Assembly: GCA_044892525.1 (NCBI GenBank)
Contig: CM097885.1
Location: 41,728,001 to 41,792,000 of the forward strand
Origin: Schmidtea polychroa
Lineage: Eukaryota
Length of the DNA stretch: 64,000 nucleotides
Reading direction: 5' to 3'
Position numbers and translations under genes: made by a program. Shown piece by piece: positions 1 through 9,400 of the stretch. Below the pieces are notes generated by a model that saw only the letters and a list, made by a program, of their open reading frames with translations, searched no databases and was not told the DNA's origin. Every line of letters begins with the position of its first letter. Position 1 is the first letter of the stretch.

Positions 1-1316
1 GGACCATACTCAAGTGTTGGGTGTATTCTTACCATCGAGACACTTATCATTACTGAAACACATTCTTGTGAAATTTCCAAAAACGATTCGGTGGCCCACT
101 TTAATGGAATTAATGGATTTTCAGTCTCCATCTCCACATTCTCCTCGCTTGTCAAGTCAATTTGTTCTGCTTCCATTACATCGTCAACCAGAATTTGTGC
201 CACTTTCTCCGCTATTGCAGTTGATGCTGATGGTACCTCTCGAAGTTTTTTATATTCCTCCAACGAATATTTCTTTGATGGTAGGTTTTTGGGCATTGGT
301 ATATCATCAATCCATTGATTTTCCACTCGTTGATATACCTTGCGAATGCTCTTCACATTCTCTAGAGCCGAATGCACACCGATTTGTGTTTCTTCTCCAC
401 ATATTTCTCTCACTACCGTTTGTAATTTGAACCATTCTCCTTTCCTGGTTACTCCCATGTTCTGAAGTATTGGTGCTGCTGCTAGATCTCGAATGCCGTA
501 CAATTGTTCAATCCATATCCCCAAGTATTGTAATTCTGCATGCAAATCATGGCCGATCAATATTTTGCCTACTGTCAAGCGTTGTATCTCTTTCATTGCC
601 ACATATTGATCACATTGGTTCCTGCTGGCCACTTCTGTAATTCCATGGATCCTTGAATTAAAATGTCGGATTTTTCCTCTTGGAGTGAGGTATACATCTT
701 TTACTACTTTCCCATAATAATTCATAATTGCTATTACTAAAGGGACCATTTTCCCTTGCTCTGATGTGCCATATTCAGCATCAATGAATAATATTCTACT
801 GCGGATTTCTTCTAGATCCATTTCTTTTCTGAGAAACGACATTTTCCTTTTCAACATTTCTTTCGAAATTTTCATTAACATTGGATCTTCTCTTGCACTT
901 GGCTGCATCTGCGGAACTTCGTTCGCTTCATTTTCGATTCTGATTTCCACTACCATGGTTGTTTCTTCATTCGCTGCTCGTAACAGTCTCCACATGAAGT
1001 CTCTCTGCCGCTTCCACGACGTAAATTTTTTAAGTTCCCAACACACTTTGTTGTCATTCGTCAGTACCTCAACGGTACCCTTGATCACATGTAGATGATA
1101 TTCTTCTTTCCTTGACATCTCGACTTCTTCTGCTAATCGCAATTTTGACATCCGCATGATCGTAAACATTTGGATCTTCATTTTTCGGTCATCAATTCTT
1201 AAATAATTTGGGATTTGGAGATTGTCATTTATCCGGTATACTTTTTGTCCGGCATGATTGTTCTTCATTTTGATGTAGCTGTCGTAGGTCGACCTTGCAA
1301 ATTGTATTTGTTCCAT
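1..1316 (-). CDS. DEDDh 3'-5' exonuclease-like protein (REX4/ISG20/AEN-like), ORF open through window start (>438 aa)
   Basis: My manual translation from the ATG at 1316 has no stop to position 1. It reads ILFIDAEYG (ExoI, ~771-794), AIMNYYGKVVKDVYLTP, HFNSRIHGIT, GKILIGHDLHAELQYL (ExoII), IRDLA, FKLQTVVREICGEETQIGVHSALENVKSIRKVY (ExoIII). Absent from the ORF track because it has no stop in the window. Confidence 0.85.
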   Translation of the reverse strand, partial: MEQIQFARSTYDSYIKMKNNHAGQKVYRINDNLQIPNYLRIDDRKMKIQMFTIMRMSKLRLAEEVEMSRKEEYHLHVIKGTVEVLTNDNKVCWELKKFTSWKRQRDFMWRLLRAANEETTMVVEIRIENEANEVPQMQPSAREDPMLMKISKEMLKRKMSFLRKEMDLEEIRSRILFIDAEYGTSEQGKMVPLVIAIMNYYGKVVKDVYLTPRGKIRHFNSRIHGITEVASRNQCDQYVAMKEIQRLTVGKILIGHDLHAELQYLGIWIEQLYGIRDLAAAPILQNMGVTRKGEWFKLQTVVREICGEETQIGVHSALENVKSIRKVYQRVENQWIDDIPMPKNLPSKKYSLEEYKKLREVPSASTAIAEKVAQILVDDVMEAEQIDLTSEENVEMETENPLIPLKWATESFLEISQECVSVMISVSMVRIHPTLEYG

Positions 1317-1510
1317 TTTTTTCTACAATAGTTATATAATTAAAATTTGAAGTTAATCTAATTTTAACACTAGGGTTGAGATGGGGTACCCAAAGGATAC
1401 CGTCCCACCAACTAGTTATATAAATAAATAATAATAATTACCGTTTAGTTAATTGTTGATTTATTTATTTTTTTTTTCAAAATTAATGGAGTTTAATGGA
1501 GTTAACCCTC

Positions 1511-1578
1511 TTTTTATACCCTTATGAAAATTCTCTTAACCCCGTTTTTCTCTCCCCCTTAACACAGCGCTAACCAAT
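1511..1578 (-). promoter_or_regulatory. Putative internal promoter for the exonuclease ORF
   Basis: TATAAAAA on the minus strand at 1511-1518 and a CCAAT motif at 1574-1578, about 200 bp upstream of the ATG at 1316, in the spacer after the membrane-protein ORF. Confidence 0.4.
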
Positions 1579-1751
1579 CAAATTGATTCTTTCCGTTGAT
1601 ATTGAAAAGTGCAGATTCACAAGTAAAATAAAATGAAATATTGATCATATCCATAATGAAATAAAATATTAATAATATCCATAAAATATTTATACTATAT
1701 TACTACTACTACTTTATCAATTTTTTTTGCATGCAAAGTATTTATGTCTTA

Positions 1752-2972
1752 CTACACAAATGTTTCTTCATAAACGATCCAAGGTCTCGCAATCTCGGAT
1801 CGATTCGTAGAAGGTTTGGGTATTGCTCGAAATTCAATTAGCACAATGATAATGAGAATAATGAGAGAGATTGTTATAATGAGAGTAGTTATTAATAATG
1901 TTACACACACAATTTCACTGTCAATTTTTAATGACGATATGGTTTTGTTATTAGTCATTGACTCATTGATGCTAGAAAAGATGTTTACGTTGACAGAGCT
2001 AGGGGTTCGGTTGGACTGATTTGATTTGTTTCGATTTCCATACTGCGAGTTAATAGATGGAATTTGCACAATTTTATTTTCCACTAATGTTAATTGCCAT
2101 AAATTTGAAAATAGAGAACGTCTATAGTATTTTATTTTAATGAACACAAATTTTGACGTCGATATTGGTGAACGTTGACGAAAAGTTAATATTTGAGATT
2201 TATTTTTTCCATTTAATATCGATTGAATTTTTCCATAATAATATAAAATAACTTTTTGATTGGGCTCCGCTTGTCGGGTAACATTCACTAATTGATTGAA
2301 AATATGAAAAGTAACCCGATTTGTTTCATTAACTAATCGTATCATATGTTGACTAGAGTGTATTCTGATCCATTGACTATCAATTTCAGTTCCGTTTTCG
2401 TATAAAGATTTTTCATAATAATGAATCAGAATATTATAGTTATGATGTAATTTTAAATTTGCATACTTTATAAAGGGTTTTCTGCTATTCAATGTATCTA
2501 TCGCATAATTTTGAAACACTGCTTTTACTTGTTGGGATTCCTGGGGTTCCCAATATATGTCAATTCCATTTACCAGTGGTTCAATTGATACTCGATTATG
2601 TAATCTCTTTGTCCAAATATTAATGCGTATAAGATTTTGTATTTTTGTATTATTACTTTTCGAATCCAATTGCGTAATTAACCAAGGGTATTCATAATTC
2701 ATTGTTAATTGTCTAGCCACATAAATATTTTTGGTGCTGTTCAATTTTATTGGGGGTTCAAAATAGTTTATTAGATTATTTATCTCTATTTCTTCTGCTC
2801 CTCCAGCATAATAAACCCAAACTATTTGAGTACATGTTGAATAAATATGAACTTTGTCTAATAATACAACTGTATTAGTTGCATATAACGGGAATACTCT
2901 CACTGCATTTACTGACATTATATTGATAATCATTACTGTTGTAATCAACAAATCTTTATTGATGTAACTCAA
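1752..2972 (-). CDS. Type-I membrane glycoprotein with probable fibronectin type III-like repeats (element accessory ORF)
   Basis: 406-aa ORF. N-terminal hydrophobic segment LLITTVMIINIMSVNA, about 11 N-x-S/T sequons, FN3-like patterns (VSIEPLVNGIDIYWEP; YANLKLHHNYNILIHY; YVARQLTMNYEY), S/N-rich stalk, strong TM IVCVTLLITTLIITISLIILIIIVLI, short tail ending ETFV. The called start is a TTG overlapping the integrase TGA. Confidence 0.7.
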   Translation of the reverse strand: MSYINKDLLITTVMIINIMSVNAVRVFPLYATNTVVLLDKVHIYSTCTQIVWVYYAGGAEEIEINNLINYFEPPIKLNSTKNIYVARQLTMNYEYPWLITQLDSKSNNTKIQNLIRINIWTKRLHNRVSIEPLVNGIDIYWEPQESQQVKAVFQNYAIDTLNSRKPFIKYANLKLHHNYNILIHYYEKSLYENGTEIDSQWIRIHSSQHMIRLVNETNRVTFHIFNQLVNVTRQAEPNQKVILYYYGKIQSILNGKNKSQILTFRQRSPISTSKFVFIKIKYYRRSLFSNLWQLTLVENKIVQIPSINSQYGNRNKSNQSNRTPSSVNVNIFSSINESMTNNKTISSLKIDSEIVCVTLLITTLIITISLIILIIIVLIEFRAIPKPSTNRSEIARPWIVYEETFV

Positions 2973-5900
2973 TGGAGCAGGGTTTTTGTAAACTTTTGTT
3001 TAATTACTGGGTTCTCTGCATCTTTATTTGGTTTTGATCTCAATGGATAACGTGATTCATCTTCTATTATCTTCTTGCATCTATTTACATGAACGATGAT
3101 TGTCCCAGCCTTTTTATTGTTTTGTGGACGCAATTTTAAGTTAGTCTCTGTCGTATCACACACTAGATATGGTCCTTTAAACGGTCGTTGCAATTTCGTT
3201 GACAAGCCTTTTGTTGGTTCTGGTTTGTTTATATACACGAGATCTCCAATTTTAATGTCATGCGCCCGTGCGCGTTTATCATAGCATTCTTTATACGCTT
3301 CTTGATGGTGCCTTATGTTAAGTCCAGCTTGGATCCATACTGACTGTAGTCTTTCATGCATAGCTATTTTATAATCTGACACATCCATATATTGGGAAAT
3401 AGGTGACTGAAATTCTAGATCGACTGGCATATTGTTTCGTCGTAGATACATGAGATAAAAGGGTGTTTCTCCAGTGCTTTCATTTACTGCATTCCGGTAT
3501 GCAAATAAGCATGGTTTAATGAATAAATCCCAATCCTTTTGTTTCCTATTTACATAGGATGATATCATATTAATTAGTGTCCCATTAAATCTTTCAACTA
3601 GACCATCTGTTTGTGGATGATATGGTGAGGTACTAAGTTTCAATATACCAAATAAATCTGTAATTGATTTAAATAATTCACTCTGAAAATTTGTTCCTTG
3701 ATCTGTAAGTAATTTCTATGGTGCTCCGTATCGAAAAATAATATTCTCCACAAATATTTTCGCAACTGTTTCTGCTTTCTGATTTGGCATTGCATAAGCT
3801 TCTGGCCATTTAGTAAGATAATCGCAAAAAACGATAATGTATTTGTTGCCATTTGTTGTTTCCGGCAATGGACCAACGATGTCCATTGCTGTCATTTCCA
3901 TTGGCGCTTTGGGCACTGGCATAGGCTTAAGCGGAACTTTTATTTTCCGTCCCGTATTTCGTCTTGTTAGGCATATCTCACACGTATGACACCATTGTCT
4001 GACATCTTGTTCCATCGTTTTCCAATAATATTTCTGTTTCAATCTTGATAATGTTTTTCGCGCTGATAAATGCCCTCCTAATGCTCCATCGTGATACAAC
4101 AACAGTAATGATTTTCGATGTTTTGTCGGAACAATAATTAACAAATTTTCATTTTGTACACATTTTAACAAACCATCATGAATAATGTATTTATGGTTCT
4201 CTTCGGCAATATGTTTCCAGTCACTCTCCTTTTTGATTGAGACAGCATGTTGACGTAACTGATTTAATTCCTCGTCATTTTCCTGATCATCTTGTAATTT
4301 TTCGATATTATTTACCGTTTTAATTGCCATGAATATTGTATTTTCGCAATTATTTTCCTCTTGATCAACATTATTTTCTACGGGTATTCTCGACATAGCA
4401 TCCGCATTTGCATTTGACTTTCCTGTACGATACTTTATCTCGAAATCATATTCATGTAACGCGATTGACCACCTAATTAATTTACTGGCCGAATCTCTGT
4501 GCTTCATTAGCCATTGTAACGGATTGTGATCCGTAAAGACAACAAACTTTCTGCCTACTAGGTATTGTCGAAAAGTGGTTATCCCATATACCAATGCTAA
4601 CGTTTCTTTTTCGATTGTCGAATAATTTTTTTCATGAGGTTTCAATGATCTGCTGGCATAAGCAATTACATGATCTTTTTCGCCTTCTACTTGCTGTCCT
4701 AATACCGCGCCTAATGCGAAATTACTGGCATCTGTCATTAATATAAACGGTTTTTTAAAGTTCGGACATCTTAATATCGGCTGTTTTATTAAGCTTTCTT
4801 TGAGTTTATCAAACGCTTCTTGCTGAGCTGTTGTCCATTTAAATTTTGCTTGCTTTTTCAATAACATGTTCAAAGGTTGTGCTACATGTGAGAAACTTTT
4901 AATAAACTTTCTGTAATAACTAGCTAATCCCAGAAATTGTCGAACCTGATCTACATCCTTGGGAATAGGATATTTCTCAATTTTCTCTACATTTTCTGGA
5001 TTTGGTTGCAAACCTCGACGCGAAATGATATGACCCACATAAACAACTTCAGATTTTCCCCATTCACATTTGTAGGGTTTTATTTTTAAGTTTGCTTCTA
5101 ACAATCGCTTGAATACTGTTTCCACATCCTGCAAATGTTCCTGAAAACTATTAGAAAATATTATTATATCGTCAATATACACTAATGCATGTGGTATATC
5201 GCGCAAAACAAAATTCATACCTCTCTGAAATGTAGCAGGTGCTCCTGTTAATCCGAATGGTAACACGTTAAACTCATATAGACCCTTCCCATCTGAAAAT
5301 GCAGTTTTCCTTCTATCTTCCTCTTTGACTTTAAATTGATTGTATCCTTTATTAAGATCTATTACCGTAAAATATTGCACCTCCCCCATCTGATCGAACA
5401 TTTCCTGTGGAACAGGAATAGGATATGTATCTTTTCTCGTTACTTGGTTCAGTTTTCGATAGTCAACACAAAATCTTAAATCACCGTCCTTCTTTTTAAC
5501 TACTACTATTGATGATGAGAATGGTGAGGAACTATCTCTTATTATATTGAATTCTTTCATTGCTTTGATTTGCCGATCACTTTCTTCCTGATGTATGTAT
5601 GGTATTCTATACGGCCGTAATTTTATTGGGGTTTCGTTGAGTAATGGTATTTCATGCTCAATCACCTGAGTGAGTCCCAGATCATACTCATGTTTTGCAA
5701 ATACATTTCTATATTTCTTTAATAATGCACCGAATTCTTGTTTTTGCAAATCCGTCAAATCTTTGCTTGTGATCTGAGGTTCTTTATAAATTTTTATATT
5801 TCTCGGTAACTTCTGAGCTTCCTCTGATTTGATTTTTGTTAATTTTCCCAATTTGGTTTTGGGCTTTATTTCAACGGATCTTGCACTATAATTCGCTATT

Positions 5901-6430
5901 CTAACTGGTACTGACTTATTTTGGACTTTCACTACTTCATCACATATAGGCACATCGTATTTTTCAACCAGCTTTTGATTTGGCTCAAATATGTACTCCT
6001 CATCTGAGACCCTCATAACATCTGCATAGTATATTACTTCGCTTTTTGGTGGTACTTCCAATGTTTGGTTTAGAAATACCTCTCCTACTTCAGGCACTAC
6101 TTCACCCATTTGTCCTTTTATTAGTTTTCCAGTTCTCAGATCAAGAGAGATTCCATGTAGTTGCTCCATGACATCCATGCCAATAAGACATTTTACAGGA
6201 CTTTTTCTCATCACTGATACCCAATGAATTATTTCTTGATCTCCAATTATCAGTTTAACTTCTAATTTTCCAACAATATTTAGTGCATTATGTGACATTG
6301 ATTTAATAATGTGATTCGTTGGTTTTATTTTGGCTTTCTCCTAATACGTCAAGAAACTTTCCGCTACTATAGTATGACTTGAGCCTGAGTCTAATAAAGC
6401 TTCCACTTTTCTCTTGTTAAACTGTATGTT
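2969..6430 (-). pseudogene. pol: pol region (aspartic protease, RT, RNase H, integrase) in one frame with two in-frame TAG stops
   Basis: ORFs 6341-11470, 3716-6298 and 2969-3643 share one frame. TAG at 6341-6343 (ESFLTY*EKAKIKP) and at 3716-3718 (RYGAP*KLLTDQGTNF). Motifs LLDSGSSH, LRFCVDYRKLN, LPFGL, YIDD, TDAS, HDGALGGH..CHTCEIC, AMDIVGP/TDQG/LVERFN, FKGPY. Confidence 0.93.
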
Positions 6431-9400
6431 TATTCGAGGTTGTTTTCCTCCTACTACTGTTGTCATTAGTGCATAGCTGCATGGTAGACCAAGCATATTC
6501 TTTCTTTCAATTTCAGCACTCGTTGGTTCAATCTTCTCTAATTCTATTGTGATATTATCAACCGATTTCATCTCTTTTAGTTTTTCACTTGGATATACTG
6601 GTGCTGTTGGTCTAAATGTCGGGGTGTACCATCTACTAAGAGTATCAATCCCGCTTAATTTTGGCATTAGTTCAAGCAAGAACCTGGACTCTGGCTCTAC
6701 TTTACTCTTTATTACACTTTTTCGAAAGCATTTATACTCCGATTCCCCGTTGTTGTTATCATCATTATGATCGTCGTTTTTATCTTCCGACTGACACGTC
6801 GATTCCTCACTTTTCCGGCCATTTCTTAATTGTGCCCTTACTCTTGCCATTTCTTTAAATTGATGATCTGTAATAAAGAATCTAGCCAACAATGGAATAC
6901 AACCAATAACTAATTTCCATGACCATCCCGATATTGCGTATATTCGATGTACTGACAACATTTGCGACACTACCACCTTTGCAGTTATCATAATCACGTA
7001 AATTCCAATTAAACCTGCACATGCTTGTCCCAAAAACATGAACTTGCCCCAAATCTTTTCCATCGTTTTATATGTAGCTCGTTTGAAATGATCAGGTGTT
7101 AGCAAATTTTCGTAATTTACTGTTTCTTCTCCATTCGGTAATACTGTGTCAATCATTTCTGAAATTATCCGTTCCTTTTTGGATGGAAACAACAAATTCC
7201 TTTGAGCTTCTTCGATATCTTCGCTTGCATACAAGCCCATTTGTGCCATTTTGTTTAGTGATGTGAAATTTATCAGGTATTCTAAATTTGTTAATTCTAG
7301 TTTGTCTGGAGTCTTGACCCCACGATAATCTGGTAAGGCTATCCATGAGTCTGTAGCTAATCGGTATAAAGGGGCTAATAATCGATTGCATTGCAAAAGT
7401 TTTGGTTTAGTTTGTTCATCAAGCAAGATTCTGGTTATCGGTTCCATAAATCGTACCTTTCCCCCAAAGCTTACTGGTAATTCGTTCGTACATTTTTCGT
7501 ATTTGGCAATTTTCACTGTGACTTCTTTGCATTTGTAACTGTATAATGCTTCTCCAAATATTCTCGCAAACACTCCATTTTCTGATATTAGCTTAGGTGC
7601 TACTAAATTTGGATTCGTAATTGCCATCGCCATCCGATTTCGGAGGATCTCTTTATTCAACTTACAATCGTTCAGAATCATTTCTCTATATACATTTTCC
7701 ATGATGTTTTGACTAAAATGAAACAAATAATCAATTTTATTATTAAAATAATGAGTAAGTTTAATGTCATCTCTGTGAATTTTAATTTTTGCTTCTTCCA
7801 CAACATTTCTAGACACGTAAACACCTTTATAATTTGTTACATATACCATTCGACCACATTTATTTGTGATTTCCTTTTTTATAAATCGCATTCCATCTGC
7901 TGGTAACGTAGACATTAAAACTGTTCCCATTTGCTTTGTCCATACTGGGGTTGATTTAATGGTATTATTTGGTCTATAATTCATATTGAAATTATCTGGT
8001 TTATCTCTAAACTGTTCTCCTACTAGCTCTTTAAAGTTCATAGTTTTTAAGTGCGCTAAATTACACTTATTTGTTTCTACATTATAAACAAGAATCGATT
8101 CCCCTGTTTGACAATGTGTTTGTTTCATATTACAGAATGGATGAGTTTGTAATTTTCCCGTATCATCATTGAAAGCTCCTTCGAACTCTCTCAACTCCGT
8201 GAGATATTCTTCTAGCACCACTGTTTGCTGAATAATTTTACCGTTCATTTTATATGGTTCACCTTCACAGTCGCCATTTGCTTTCATAACTCCCTTTACA
8301 ATTATTGTTTCTCGTATTCTATGGTTCAATTTTGCCTTTAAACGAATTTCTGGACTTATTTTTAATTCTCCTGTTTGAAATGCTGCTAGACAGTTTTCTG
8401 GAAGCACCTCGACTGGCCTAGGTATCGCATGCATTTTTATGAGTGACGTATGGCTCCATTTACCACAATAGAATACAAATGTTGTATGTTTGACAATACA
8501 CTCTCTCACTTGAGTTCTTCGCAGATCAGACTCTTGATACACATAATATTTTACGTCATTTTCTATTTTTAAACTGCTCGGATACGCACCTGGGCACTCC
8601 GACATATCTACTACCGAATAAACTTTTCCCATTTCAGTTTTGGAACAATCGTACGCAACTAAAGATGATGTCTGTGTAATTATTGCACAAAACGTAATCA
8701 CCATAAACATCGCCCATGGAAATATCATAGTTTTTCTTAGTTCTGGCTTAACTCTTTCATTTACTGGTCTTTGGGGTGGACTCATTTCTTGCTTCTCATT
8801 TTTCTTTTCTGTTAGAGATGAACACAGTGTTTTCCAACCACCTTTTTCGTTTACCCAGCTCATTAAATATTCGTTTACTAGCCGGGCAACGATGTCTATC
8901 AAATTTTCTAACTTGTCTGACCTTGCGAACGTATGCGTTCCAATTTCTAAAACAACATAAGTTAAAGCTATTATTATAACTTCCTTATTAATTTCATTTT
9001 TTGCTAAATTTTCAATTACTGATCTCTCGCAAAATGTATTCTCTTCGCCAAATTTCTGCATCACTTCAGGAAGCCTATTCTTCATCTCTTTAACTATTTC
9101 TTTCAGTTCATCATCTACCTCTACTTCTATGTCGAACATTGGATATACTGCTTTAACGAGATGTTTCAACATTTTCTTAGTTTCGTCGACGTCCTGTTCT
9201 AGCCTCACTAAATATTTCTTTATTTCATATAAAGTTCTAACTTTCTTATTTTTGATTTCACCATTTATTTCGCCTTCAGGTACAAGTGGCTCTCCTTGTA
9301 CGTCTGGTTCTGTGGACTGATCTTTGTTATCAGGATCTTTTTGCTCATTATCACTAACGATTTCATCAATTTCTTTATTTCCCTTAACTTTTTCATCTTG

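Noticed and set aside
14..1098. Plus-strand ORFs 14-430, 91-318, 766-1098
   Set aside because: Antisense shadows of the minus-strand exonuclease ORF; no recognisable motifs.
3640..3876. 78-aa ORF overlapping the integrase
   Set aside because: Alternative frame; the integrase continues in its own frame across the TAG at 3716.
6341..6343. TAG as a programmed gag-pol readthrough site
   Set aside because: It lies after the protease catalytic motif, mid-domain, and a second TAG sits in the integrase core; nonsense mutation is simpler. Kept only as a testable alternative.
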